Shown here one piece after another: positions 1 to 11,542 of a stretch of DNA of 64,000 nt. The DNA comes from Nematocida ausubeli. Taxonomy: Eukaryota. The translations under genes and the position numbers were made by a program. Every line of letters begins with the position of its first letter. Position 1 is the stretch's first letter. The DNA is taken from positions 22,882 to 86,881 of the forward strand of contig NW_026515638.1 of the NCBI RefSeq assembly GCF_000738915.1, given 5' to 3'. Below the pieces are notes generated by a model that was given only the letters and a program-made list of their open reading frames with translations, made no database searches and was not told where the DNA came from.

Positions 1-273
1 TGGTTCTCTGGAAAGTGCTACTTTTCTGATTTTCCTGTGCTTTGCTATTTTTTTCCAAGTAATAACCCGTTCTTTCTTTTATACAGTGTAGAAGAGATAT
101 TTTTTGCAAATATAGAAGAAGTTAAAAAAAGTAGAGAAAAGAAACTCTAAAAGAAACAGACAGAAATTAAGCGTGTAAGCAGGGCATAAAAATAATAGAG
201 AATACTGCTATACTGAGCGCACTGAAGTATAAATAATCATGATTTTGTGCTCGAATACAATTTAAACTTTAAT

Positions 274-559
274 TGATGTGCCCAAAAGGGGACGACGAGC
301 TAGTCTGGAGATACTAGTCTAGAATAGAGAGTGTAGTTGTCAAGGAAGTTTTATTATCGTAATCCTGCGGATGTCTTTGGTGACTTTGACCTTTTGTGTA
401 CTTGTTGGATGTATTTCTTCTTTCTGTCATTTGCCTCCCTTTTGAATTGTTCTTACTATTTTATAGTCAGTTTCTGATATACGAGGAATCGTCCGGAAGT
501 TGCATTTATCATTGATGCACTTTGGTCACTGAATTAATAAAAGTGGGAATTTTACCACT
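274..559 (-). mobile_element. ~285-bp LTR-like dispersed element, copy 1 (solo-LTR-like)
   Basis: Aligns by eye with 26161-26441, 27151-27401 and 29592-29876. + strand starts TGATGTGCCC and ends TTTTACCACT (CA>CT). Flanked by the direct 5-mer TTAAT (269-273, 560-564). Confidence 0.8.
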
Positions 560-840
560 TTAATTATTTTTCTTGTAGAATTACTAAATAATTTATTGCA
601 AGAACAAAATGATCTGGCAACCCTCATTACTGCCCTGCAGTTTGCAATTAATTAAACCAAATCTTTAAAATATGCAGGTTTGTTAGGGTATAAATTCCAA
701 AAACCCGATATAGCCCGAATAAATTTACATAAAACGTAAAAAGCTTTCAATTAGAGTGGGTTCAGTAAAATAAAAGCAAATTATTAACAATTATACAAAA
801 TATTTAACAAAAAAATATTTGAAGATTATAATACTAAGAT

Positions 841-3546
841 ATGAGAACTCGAATAAGAAATGGAACATGTAGATATGTATATGTGAACAACAGAAAAGAG
901 AAAACCAGTACAATGCCATGTACTAGACGTGCTTCTATTGGATCAGTAACAAAGATGGTTCTTATAGCTGCACTTCTAGCTATGCAAAATGTCTTTGGGT
1001 TTATAGAAATAGAAGATGCTTCAGAGGTGCAAAAAGCAGTAGTATGCAAAATTGAAGGGGTGGACTATATACCTCGACCAGATGGGTCTCTTAGCCCAAT
1101 CATGCTATATTTAGGCAAAAAATCTAATGACATTTGTTGCTACCGGGCTCTTTCTTCAAATATAAATTCGCATATTATTGTATCAGACAAAGAAAACGAA
1201 GACAAACATAAAAGAGATACAGCCAAAGACACAGTGTATGCAGAAAGTGCATCTGGGGGCAAATTGGAAGAAAGCACTGCAAGCCACTTTAGTGCAATGA
1301 CTAATATGATTCCCTTCCGCTCGAAAACGTCAGAAATTACTCTTCAAGAAGATGATAAAGACCTATTTACTCTATTTCTGAATAGCGATTTGGTAAAGAG
1401 CTATGCTCATAGAATTGTCATTGCGCTACTGCTGAAGGTAGAGGGAGTAAATGTCCCGCTGTTTCTTGAGAAAGACAAAGACACAACCACAAAGCTCGTG
1501 TGGAGGTGGAGAGATCAGAAAAAAGAGTTCTTTTCTATTAACATATTAGACGCTGCGAAAGAGATACTAAAAAGACGTGGCCAAGGAGAAGAAGAAAGCT
1601 CTGTCTACAAAAAAAACATAGTAAAAACTATTCAGTATTTTATTAGCGTAGATGAAAATAAAATAGCCAAAAAGAATCCAGTGGAAAGAGAGAACTTGCA
1701 TGATAAAACAAAATACTGGAAAGATGAGTATATGAACAGTAGAAACTGGCTTATACAAGTATATATATATTGCTACATCCGCACTAAAGAGGATGCAATT
1801 AAATTTAACAAAGAGGTATACGCGGTACTGAGCGAGTGTATGCAACAGAATCAGAAAAGTTTCTCAATTGTGGAAAGCCAGGAGCAGAAGTTCTTTAAAA
1901 AATGCTTTATGCCTAAGAATACAGAGTCAAAGGCACTTAGCTATTGGGAAAAGTTAAAGAGTCTGAATGATATTGATATAAACCCTGAGCCAGTTCAACT
2001 GCTTCCCTTTACAAACTCTAGACATCTTCCTACTAGAAAAATGGTAGAGATATCTATTCAAGGGAATTTACATTTAAAGACAGAGGTGTTCGCATCTGAT
2101 ATAGAGTCTGCGCTGCTTGGCCTATTCTGCTGCTTTGTATATGATTCAAAGGAGAATAAATACAATCTTGACCATATGCCTTTGCTGATGAAAGAGATAA
2201 AAGATCTTTTTCCTATGCCATTCAACAGTAATAAGAGTTTTTCGGATAAAGAATGCGAACTGGCAATAGATTCAGAATGCATGCATCCGGGAAATAAAAT
2301 ACCAAAAAAGATCTGTGAAGAATGGGCGAAAATAATTAGAATAATAGTAGAGAATGAAGACACGATAAGTTGCAAAACCAATACAGATGGCACTAGGGCG
2401 ATCAAGTCTGATATTTGTAATTTTTTCATTATATTTCTAAAACTTATAAATAGTTATGATTGTAGCAATAAAAAAGTAATAGAAGATATTAGAAAAGATA
2501 TAATGGGTATAGGCAAGGAAAAAGACTTGAAAAAACAAAAGATTTTATATAGCAATTTTAAAGACAAAATCCAAAGCTATATATCAGAATTGTTTTCATT
2601 TTTTTCAAGAAACCACACAGCAAGTAAAGACATATACGAGTGGTATGAAAAAACTCCTTCCAATATGAAAAAAGAAAAATTATTTGTAAATTTCATCCCA
2701 ACTATTATTCAAGAAAACCACGCCGAGTATTATTTAATTGGGACTTTGGAGATATACTATGCATACGAGAGACAGGCACAGCCCATAATCCTTCAGTTAA
2801 CAACCTTAAAAAAAGCTTTTCTGGCGCTTGGCGAACCAATTATAAAACTCGATAAATCTATAAAGAAGGAAATAGACAACTTAAAGTTAACAATAGGCGA
2901 GATAGAGCATGACACCTATCCAGAATATATTATTTCGATCTATATCCAGAGTATATGGGTGCATAGCTCAGATTATATAATTATAGACTCTCATATAAAC
3001 AGAGACAATGAACATATATCGACAAAACCCGCATCCTTTCAGCCATGGTATCATAACAGTATATGTATAGATGAGCTGCTAAATGGCATGGAGAAACAAA
3101 TATCAAGCCATACGCAAACCAAGAAATACAATATTTTCAATGCACGGGTTGGGTATAACCTGATTGGAAATATGCAATTACACACTAGAAGGCTTTTACT
3201 ATTCCTGATTGTCTACATAGGATTAAAACACACTCCATCCGATATAGCGTTGATTAATTCATTTTATACTATTGCTAATAACAATATTAAAAAGCGCATG
3301 GCTGCTGTAGGGCTAGATTATATGGAAAAGGTACTTGAAAATCTTCTAATAATCAATGCGGATCTAGATATTGCAAATGTAATCGCAGCGTATGCTCAGA
3401 TATATGGGGATTGTAACCCAGAGTGCCTATGCGTTCTATTTAAAAGGTTGCTCTCGAAAGGCATAGATACAGATAAGATACTTAAATACGTTAATAAGTA
3501 TAGCACTATTGTTGAAAAAGAGCCCTCCTTAAAAAAGAGTCTATAG
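841..3546 (+). CDS. Nematocida-type large gene family protein (NemLGF-like), divergent member, probably secreted
   Basis: 901-aa ORF. Motifs RPDGSLSP, LLLKVEGVNVPL, WLIQVYIY and ESALLGLFCCFVYD match the paralogues at 30011 and 44617. Hydrophobic leader from Met at 955 may be the true start. Confidence 0.85.
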   Translation: MRTRIRNGTCRYVYVNNRKEKTSTMPCTRRASIGSVTKMVLIAALLAMQNVFGFIEIEDASEVQKAVVCKIEGVDYIPRPDGSLSPIMLYLGKKSNDICCYRALSSNINSHIIVSDKENEDKHKRDTAKDTVYAESASGGKLEESTASHFSAMTNMIPFRSKTSEITLQEDDKDLFTLFLNSDLVKSYAHRIVIALLLKVEGVNVPLFLEKDKDTTTKLVWRWRDQKKEFFSINILDAAKEILKRRGQGEEESSVYKKNIVKTIQYFISVDENKIAKKNPVERENLHDKTKYWKDEYMNSRNWLIQVYIYCYIRTKEDAIKFNKEVYAVLSECMQQNQKSFSIVESQEQKFFKKCFMPKNTESKALSYWEKLKSLNDIDINPEPVQLLPFTNSRHLPTRKMVEISIQGNLHLKTEVFASDIESALLGLFCCFVYDSKENKYNLDHMPLLMKEIKDLFPMPFNSNKSFSDKECELAIDSECMHPGNKIPKKICEEWAKIIRIIVENEDTISCKTNTDGTRAIKSDICNFFIIFLKLINSYDCSNKKVIEDIRKDIMGIGKEKDLKKQKILYSNFKDKIQSYISELFSFFSRNHTASKDIYEWYEKTPSNMKKEKLFVNFIPTIIQENHAEYYLIGTLEIYYAYERQAQPIILQLTTLKKAFLALGEPIIKLDKSIKKEIDNLKLTIGEIEHDTYPEYIISIYIQSIWVHSSDYIIIDSHINRDNEHISTKPASFQPWYHNSICIDELLNGMEKQISSHTQTKKYNIFNARVGYNLIGNMQLHTRRLLLFLIVYIGLKHTPSDIALINSFYTIANNNIKKRMAAVGLDYMEKVLENLLIINADLDIANVIAAYAQIYGDCNPECLCVLFKRLLSKGIDTDKILKYVNKYSTIVEKEPSLKKSL

Positions 3547-4032
3547 AGGCTTGCTAAGCTATATTTTAAATTATTTTAATAAACCTAAGCTAATGAATAA
3601 GCTTTTTACACTTCTATATCTACTCAGCAGTAAATAATTAACAACGCAGCAGTGTATAAAGCTAGCCAAATGTTCTGCAACATAATTCTAGCCACTCCTA
3701 GTTAGTACACCCTTAAGTACTATATTTTTAAACAGCGTATTTATACAGGTACATACAAGAAGTATTAATGCATATTTTTAAACTACTTTATTTATTAAAG
3801 CTTTCTTATGCATACTGAGGTTGACTAGGCAAGTTTAGAATTTATGCGAACTTATTAGCACTCAACTTTACTGTCTTCAACACACAATATGGATTTTATC
3901 TCTTCAAACAGTTCTGATAGATCTATATCTATACCCCATTTAGAAGAACAGTTCAGAATATTATTTTTTTCTGTCTCTGCTATGTCAATTAAGTCACAGC
4001 AAGATTCTACTACAGTAGGAAACTTCTTAGGA

Positions 4033-6906
4033 TTATTTTTTTTCTATGCAGCAAATAAACCATAGCAAGAACAGGTTACTATGCTTCTCATAATCGGCAA
4101 TTAGGTGCTCTTTCTCTGTTTTCTGCATATCCATAACAAATTTAGTAATATAGTCTGTATTATTTTCATTCAGTGTTAAGATCTTTATAAGTAAAAATCT
4201 TTTTTCCTCACAGAGCTTTTTAACAAATGACTCCAAACTCGAATAGTAGCTATCCTCCAGGCACGTTTCTCGGAATTTAATCATTAAGTCCGTGATTATA
4301 TTAGCATATCTTCTATGAGATATATATTTTGCATCATTTGCTAATTCTAATACATGTTTTAATACAGTTATAAAACGTGTAGGGATTTCTTTATATTCAT
4401 CCATGTTTATGGATGTATTTGGATAGCACTTGTCTGCTATCCCCAAGCTATGCATTATAAGCACATCAGTTTTAAAAGTACTAAAAGAATAGCAAGAATT
4501 TTTCATAATATTATCTGCTAAACATCCAAGAGGATGGGTTTTTTCAAAACCTTGGTCTTTTGCGAATAGAAGTAATGCAAATAGAATCATTCTTTTATCC
4601 ACACTGATATAAATTTGTGGTTCAAGCAGAAGCGTGTTAATACTCTCGCACCAGCCGGCATAGCTAAGCTTGAGCTGCTTCTGTTCATCCAAATTAGAAT
4701 TTTTCTTACATTTTTCTTTGTTTGTTCGTTGTAACTGCATTTCTTTATCTATATATAATCCAACTTTCTCTATAATAGACAATTCCTTCTTCTCTTGATC
4801 TCCCTTCTTTTCCTTCGATTTTAAATTGTTTGGCATTTTTCTGAATCTAGAAATGTCAAAACTAGTTTTCCATTTCAGTTCTTTATTATTATTAGAATAA
4901 TAAGGACAGATATTAAATTCATAGTGATAGAAACGGACTTGTTTGAGGTACTTGCCATATTTATCAATGGGAGTATAAGATATTCCTAGGCGTCCAAATA
5001 CATCACTACAACCATCTTTAAAAGACATTTTAGAGTTGATGGATGTCTGAACACTAACATCATGACTTAATGCAATTTTCTTAATTAACTCAGCCATATA
5101 TGCGCTTATCATATTCTCAAGTCCTTCCTTCTTTTCTTTCTCTATTTTATTAGAGTCATCTACGGAACCATTAATGTTCATATCATCCACCCTTCTTCTA
5201 ATCTCATCTATCTTACTTAAGTCACATATACCTGCTATCTTTGAAAATCCATATAGTATATTTATCAATCCTGGCATAAGTTTTTTTCCGTCTATCCACA
5301 TATATTGTGTTTCCTGGTTATTTTCTCCGAACATTATATCTTTCCAGTCTTGGTGCATTCTCTTTAACAATGCCTTGTCTATAGGGGTGCACATGTACTT
5401 TCTGAAAAAGCCTTTCAGCTCCTTAGAGACAGACTCTATGTGATCAACTGTGTATATATTATCAATCGCGCTATATGCAGCGGTGCAGAACAGGCCAAGT
5501 AGCGCAGTCTCACAATAGTTAGCCTCGCTCATATTACTACTCATACTCTCTTCGCCGAGAAGGTGATCTTCAATTGGTTTGAGACATAGATTATAAATCC
5601 TTCGGGATATATAATCATTGTATAGAGACCTTTTTTTTAAATGTGCTACATCTATTCTTCTTTTTTCAATTGAAATATATTTCTTTGGTATATTGCATTT
5701 GGCATTCACATTCTTTTCTTGCTCTGCAGTTTCGTTATCAGGCTGTTTATCTTCTGGTTTGACTCCTCTATCCTCCATATACAAACTTAGAAGATTATTC
5801 ACGGCCTCTTCTACACGATTTTCTCTTGAAACTTCCTCTTTCTCCTCTATAAACTCGTTTAGTAGATCATGCACCATTTGAATGAATAAAATCATCTCAT
5901 CTGTATTCTTTATGCAGTGGTGTATATACGCTTGTATAAGGAAGCTAGGGCTGTTTAAAAACTCGTTATCCACAAGCTTTCTACAGAAAAATAGCTGTAG
6001 AGTGGAACTCTCTTTTTTGGAAACTGTTTTTTCTCTGCTTTCTATAAAAAAGTTTATAACATCAATTGCCTTTTCTTGCAATACCTCTTTATGCACATCT
6101 GTGGATTTTTCCTTATATTTACTGATGTTAGCCATAAAAACCATATTGATTCTGAAGTGCTCTTCTTGGCCATTTTCCTTCTTAAGAACCAGATCAGTTC
6201 TTTTCTCATCTTTATTAACTTCCAGTGGCACATACACTCCCTCTGCAAGCAGTAGCAGCGAGGCAAGTATTTTGTGCTTATGCTCTTTTACAGAAGTGCT
6301 GTTAATAAATACATAGAAAGATTCAACATTTTCTGAATGTATTGACGCAAATCCATCAAGCGAGGGGAACAGCTCAAGAAGCGTGTTAAAGTATCCTTTC
6401 TTGTATCTGAGCAAGCTACCTTCATATGGAAGGCTATTGCGTAATCTATCCTGGCTGATGTTTCGTGTGTGTTTGTAGATAGAATCCTTTGGTTTGTGCT
6501 TATCTGAGTTTTCTTCATTGCCCGTCTCTATATTTTTAGAGTCTTTTTTGAGAACTTCTATAGAGTGCTCTAGATGTATCTCAGGCGACAAAAACCTCTT
6601 CCTAGTCATAAACCCAATATTTCTAGTTATTTCTACTACTGAGAATTTCTCTCCACCTTGACTGCCTTCTTCTGTTTCTTCAGAAATAGCAGCAGCTTTT
6701 ATTTGGACATTTCTTAGCCCATCTACTGTCAACACTCTGTCCCACACATGGCACAGTATAGCTACTCCAATGAGCATGTATATCTTTGCTCTGCAGATAG
6801 CTCTTTCCTTTTTCTCTTGTCTTATCTTGTGAGTTCTTAAGTCTTCTGTTGCTACTTCTTTACTCTCTAATAGCTGGTTCTTTCTCTTCGAAAGATTAGA
6901 CTTCAT
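4033..6906 (-). CDS. Large gene family protein; C-terminal ~60 aa continue in another frame to 3855
   Basis: Motifs RKRFLSPEI, LFPSLDG, ILASLLLLAEGV, FLNSPSFLIQAYI, CETALLGLFC. Start uncertain (6906 or 6777). Frame breaks at the T8 run 4036-4043. Confidence 0.85.
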   Translation of the reverse strand: MKSNLSKRKNQLLESKEVATEDLRTHKIRQEKKERAICRAKIYMLIGVAILCHVWDRVLTVDGLRNVQIKAAAISEETEEGSQGGEKFSVVEITRNIGFMTRKRFLSPEIHLEHSIEVLKKDSKNIETGNEENSDKHKPKDSIYKHTRNISQDRLRNSLPYEGSLLRYKKGYFNTLLELFPSLDGFASIHSENVESFYVFINSTSVKEHKHKILASLLLLAEGVYVPLEVNKDEKRTDLVLKKENGQEEHFRINMVFMANISKYKEKSTDVHKEVLQEKAIDVINFFIESREKTVSKKESSTLQLFFCRKLVDNEFLNSPSFLIQAYIHHCIKNTDEMILFIQMVHDLLNEFIEEKEEVSRENRVEEAVNNLLSLYMEDRGVKPEDKQPDNETAEQEKNVNAKCNIPKKYISIEKRRIDVAHLKKRSLYNDYISRRIYNLCLKPIEDHLLGEESMSSNMSEANYCETALLGLFCTAAYSAIDNIYTVDHIESVSKELKGFFRKYMCTPIDKALLKRMHQDWKDIMFGENNQETQYMWIDGKKLMPGLINILYGFSKIAGICDLSKIDEIRRRVDDMNINGSVDDSNKIEKEKKEGLENMISAYMAELIKKIALSHDVSVQTSINSKMSFKDGCSDVFGRLGISYTPIDKYGKYLKQVRFYHYEFNICPYYSNNNKELKWKTSFDISRFRKMPNNLKSKEKKGDQEKKELSIIEKVGLYIDKEMQLQRTNKEKCKKNSNLDEQKQLKLSYAGWCESINTLLLEPQIYISVDKRMILFALLLFAKDQGFEKTHPLGCLADNIMKNSCYSFSTFKTDVLIMHSLGIADKCYPNTSINMDEYKEIPTRFITVLKHVLELANDAKYISHRRYANIITDLMIKFRETCLEDSYYSSLESFVKKLCEEKRFLLIKILTLNENNTDYITKFVMDMQKTEKEHLIADYEKHSNLFLLWFICCIEKK

Positions 6907-8584
6907 TATACTAAATATTTTGTTTTTTACTTTTCGTTGTCTATTTATAGACCATAAAACTAGCAATTTATCAGTATTCTGTGCTTATAATTAAAATTAA
7001 TATACTTTTAATTAAAAGTATTCCCGAATTAACTCTAATTAATTTAATTTTAGCAGAAGAAAACAAAGCCTCTTATATTCTAGTAGTCTACAACGAAATC
7101 TTGGAAGGCAAAGACCAGCATACATCTGCATTTCTAACTCTGGGAAAGAACAGTTTACTATTGTGATAAAAGCCTTCTCTTTTGCTCTTTGATAGACCAA
7201 GTCTTGCTCTATGTCTAAGCTACGAAGCTCAGCTTTAAGCATCTTAGAACCAACTTCTTTATTCTGCATGCTTCTGCTGTAGCAAGGAAGTATGTATTAA
7301 AATGCACAAGCAGCAATAGTAGCTGTAGAACAACACAATACAAGAATGTGAATTACTGGCTGTTTAAATTAAAATTAATTAATTACTAACATACTCTCTC
7401 TTTTGTTTATATTTTGCTTGTTAATTAACTCATATTTCTATTTCTGTCTATATTTTGTTTTTTAATAATTGCTTATTACCAATAAATTAATTGCTAGTAG
7501 TCTATAAATAGAGAAAAAGAAATAAATTTTAACTAAGTTTAGCATGACCAAGTCTAATACTTCAAAGAGGAAGAATTGACACTTACAATTATTTTCACTG
7601 GTTCTAACTATTTCCCAACCCCCTTCGAGTACTCTACTTGTTCTGTCCTTACTAAACACTTCAGTAGTCAATTCGCACACATTCTTCTAAATATTCCTGA
7701 AATAGTCCCAGATATAATTCAAGAAATAAATTTAAGTATAAATACATAAAAGAAGCTGTCATTGCGGAAAGAAAAAAAAGAGCAATGAGAGAAAAATGCA
7801 ATGCAGCAAGAGCCTGCCATAAAGCAAAGAAACAAAATAGCATGGGTATGCTCTATGCAGTCAAATAAGTAATATAATCCTAACATGTTAAATAACAATG
7901 CATATATCCTCTTTTAAAAATTCCTCTGAATGATTTAATGTATAGTGCCTATTTTATTCTAGAGAATACTGCAGAAAATCTTGCAAGAAATGCAAATTCT
8001 GAAATGAAACTCTTTAGCTGCAGATGTCCAGAAAGATAAAATATTTAAAGAATGTATAGAGCTCACAATGCATGGGCTATTGCAGTTTATTCAGAAATTT
8101 GAATGCTTATGCATTATACAGCCACATTTTATACTAGTTTTCCAGTGGGTTAATAACTTCTTAGATGTTTCCATATCTTGCTTCGCAACGTGCGTCTTTG
8201 TTCTTGCTATTTTCAGTAGGCTATTCATATACATAATGGCTGTTTTTATTAGAAATATCGTAGAATTGCACCTCTGCATTTAGTTAGAGTATATTTCTTT
8301 GACATAGTACTCGCTATGCTTATCCCAATAGGCGAATACTTACTTAAAAGCATATTTACTATAGCTATATTTTTACATACCTTCTCTATACCCTCTAGTA
8401 CTATGCTGTATAGGCAATTGCAAGCATGTAGTCTTTCTTTCATTTTTGAAAGATAATTCTTCAATTCAGTGTACACCTTTGCATTGCATCTGTATGACTT
8501 TGCAGGAAGACAAAAATACTTCATTTTATTCCTTAGATACCTAGAAAAATGCTACTGGAGGATCATACTGTTTTCTGCTTTTAT

Positions 8585-9043
8585 TTAAATCTGGATGCTT
8601 TCTATTTTCTGTGAAAGCCTGTTAATTGCCAGCTGAATTGACTGCAGAACATTTGGCTTGCTTCTTTCAATTAAAAAACGCACTCTTTCCTCTAAGGTGG
8701 CTAGACTCTGCTCTGCAGCTCGCATTTCTGCCTTTATTATTCCAGAGATGTAGCCCTTCCTTTGGTCCTGCTCCTTCTGGGTGACTTCCCGTACATAGTC
8801 ACGAATGTCCTCTAGATGGGTTAGTTTCTCCTGCACTTTGCATCTGACTTCATCTGTCCGCATGCCAACCATTTCCAGCTCGTTTGAGATTCCCTTGTAC
8901 TCTATTTCATCAACAAGAGGAATCACCTGCTCCTTTGCCTTTCTCTTGTACTTTGTGCTGGCCGTATATATGTTTACTATTCGGGTTCTGAGCTCTTGGG
9001 GCACCTCTAAGTATTTGCTGCGGTATGTCACGGAGTCGCTCAT
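8585..9043 (-). CDS. hypothetical coiled-coil protein (152 aa)
   Basis: ATG-initiated ORF with coding-like composition and heptad-rich helices; head-to-head with the gene at 9073. Confidence 0.7.
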   Translation of the reverse strand: MSDSVTYRSKYLEVPQELRTRIVNIYTASTKYKRKAKEQVIPLVDEIEYKGISNELEMVGMRTDEVRCKVQEKLTHLEDIRDYVREVTQKEQDQRKGYISGIIKAEMRAAEQSLATLEERVRFLIERSKPNVLQSIQLAINRLSQKIESIQI

Positions 9044-9072
9044 TTTATGAATTCCTGCAAAATAATTTTTGT

Positions 9073-10326
9073 ATGTTGCGGTCTCTGCTTATTGTGGGAA
9101 GAAACTTTCGGCCAATTTCCCCGTTCCTGTCAGTCTTCCTGGTGGAGGAGAAGGGCTTTACAACAAAGGAAATCGCAGACAGAATTATTCCGTGGTGGCT
9201 TTATTCTATGCTTGTCTTTTCCTTGATACTTTCCTGGATTGCTAATAAACTCGGACTATTATGGACAATTATTAGTTCAGTCATTTCTGAAATTGCTGCA
9301 TACTTTATTCTAATAAGAATGAAAAACAAATCTATCATTAGCACAATCCTCATTGAGGTCTTTATGGCATATAGAAACAGCACACTTGTTGCGGATAAAA
9401 GATTCTACTCAGAAAACGACCAAGGCATGAGCGTGCAGTACAGCACAATTAGAAAGATAACTGGGATTCTTTCTAGCTTTATCTCGCAAAATATGTACTA
9501 CATCTCTGGAAATAGCTTATCTGCTGTCTATCTGACCATATTCTCGCAAATCCTTGTACTCTTCTGCATTCTGGGAATATATCAAGACGGGGTTTTGCCA
9601 ATTGACAGTGAGGATGTCCAAAAGGAGATAACCATCAGTGCAAGCCTTCTTTCAAAGATATTCTCATATACAGGAGCATTTACGCTTAGTGTGTGCTTTA
9701 GAATATACATTGATTTAATTCTAATTGAAAGATCAGGGGATACAGAGAGCCACTCCGGCATTATTGGAGTTATACTAGAAAGAATATCAGGTATATTCTA
9801 CTACATATCGTACGGACTGGTTAAGATACTCTCCCTGGTGACGTCTTCTGTAAAGATACAGGAGCACAAGAACAAGCATAAGCCAGTCCATGGTTACCTG
9901 GAGGGAATAGCGCGTGTTTTGGCAGTGTGCCTGGCAATTCCCTTGGTGATTTACACGGGAAACTCAAAGAGAAACACAGAAAGCCTGATGGTTGTCTCCT
10001 GGGCTCTGCAGATTCTGGGGGTGCATGCATTAAAAAAGACAAAGAACATGGTTGGGGGATATTTTGCATATCTTCTGTCAGTTATTGGCACAAATATTAC
10101 TCTCTACATCTCCTATAATGAAATAAACAAAGAAACGGACAGGGAGATACTTGGAATTATGTCGTACATTGGAGGCACCTCAGCTGCAGCCCATACAATA
10201 ATCGATGTAATATCACGGCGCAACAAGATGGCGCCCCAGGCCAGATTTAATATATATGCATACCTAGGGTGCACATTGTTCGCGTGTGCAGGAATGCTTT
10301 CAATCTTCTCGCTTTACAGGCAATAG
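9073..10326 (+). CDS. SLC19-like reduced folate/thiamine carrier
   Basis: N-terminal FRPISPFLSVFLVEEKGFTTKEIADRIIPWWLYS resembles the SLC19 signature (RPSEPFLTPYL...EIYPVWTYSY); many TM helices. Start placed at the second Met. Confidence 0.75.
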   Translation: MLRSLLIVGRNFRPISPFLSVFLVEEKGFTTKEIADRIIPWWLYSMLVFSLILSWIANKLGLLWTIISSVISEIAAYFILIRMKNKSIISTILIEVFMAYRNSTLVADKRFYSENDQGMSVQYSTIRKITGILSSFISQNMYYISGNSLSAVYLTIFSQILVLFCILGIYQDGVLPIDSEDVQKEITISASLLSKIFSYTGAFTLSVCFRIYIDLILIERSGDTESHSGIIGVILERISGIFYYISYGLVKILSLVTSSVKIQEHKNKHKPVHGYLEGIARVLAVCLAIPLVIYTGNSKRNTESLMVVSWALQILGVHALKKTKNMVGGYFAYLLSVIGTNITLYISYNEINKETDREILGIMSYIGGTSAAAHTIIDVISRRNKMAPQARFNIYAYLGCTLFACAGMLSIFSLYRQ

Positions 10327-11542
10327 ATGTATTTTGTATCATTTTAATATTTAGATCAATAAAAATAACGTATATAGTATGCTTGTTAAGTGGCGTGTAG
10401 GTTAGGCTTAAGATCTTTTAAGTAGCTGCCAAGTTATTTATATTCTCTTACGGATTTTCATCCAAATTCTCTCTTCATCTTGAAATATGCATATTCATTT
10501 TTTAAAATCCAGCACTATTATGAGTTCTGCCTTAAAGACATTTAATTTCATCCTACTATACCCCAAGATAACAGATAAATTGTTTCATACATCTAATCAT
10601 ATGGCGTGACTGCACTGCACATGAATATTCAAGCAAATTTAGACATGTCAGTGGGCATAGCCAGAATATAATTTGAAGCCACACAAAGACACCAGAGAAC
10701 ACGAAATGCCCAAATATGCCCCTTCTCAGGATTAAATTGCGTCTTGAAACTGCAGTCTTTAAATAATTTTCGCTATATAATTAGAAATTCAAATAGAATA
10801 ATGCAAAGCATGCGATCACTCGCACGCGATAGTCCAGATGCACTAACTGACCGGTGATATTTAAGGCGCATTTTACTTTGATTTTTATGCTCCTTGCATA
10901 CCTGCAGCGCAATAATATGCTAAGAATTGATCTTCTTTATAGACTGTCCCATAAAATCTAAGAACTTTTATTCATTTTCCTTCTGCCTTTATGCTTAGAG
11001 GCCTAGGTCTACAGAATGGACAGAAATATTTGGGTTTGCGGTCTGAATGTATGCAGAAAATACTAAAAGCATCCCCAAACTGGATTGGTGCAAAATGTAT
11101 ACAGAAATATTCAGAATATCCCAATCTATGCACAGTAATTGAATAATCACTCTTTTTATGGGTAAGATATAGTGAAGACAACTTAACCTACTGATTACAT
11201 TGCTAATTACACTTTTATTATCTGAGGCACCCTGCTACCGCACACTTCAGGGCAGTTTATGGAATGTTCTCAAAACAGAAGAAACTGCCTAATCAGACAC
11301 TTCCCACCGTATGAAAATGTTCTTAAAACACCTCTGTCTGTATATGCGCATAACTTCAAAAATAATCCACTCAAATGGGTTTTAAGCCTGGTGGAGTAGT
11401 CTATACAAGCACATCTATGCGAAAATGCAAAAACACTTTATGCAAAGCACCATATGCACGGTTTAAGATCCTTAAAACTGACTGAATTCTGTTTGCATGG
11501 CTGCGTAAGTCTCCAGTAGCCGCAGAAGGATATACAGTTGAA

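Noticed and set aside
7039..8524. Short ORFs of 60-91 aa as genes or a decayed gene
   Set aside because: No recognisable motifs or consistent frame; cannot be supported from the sequence alone.
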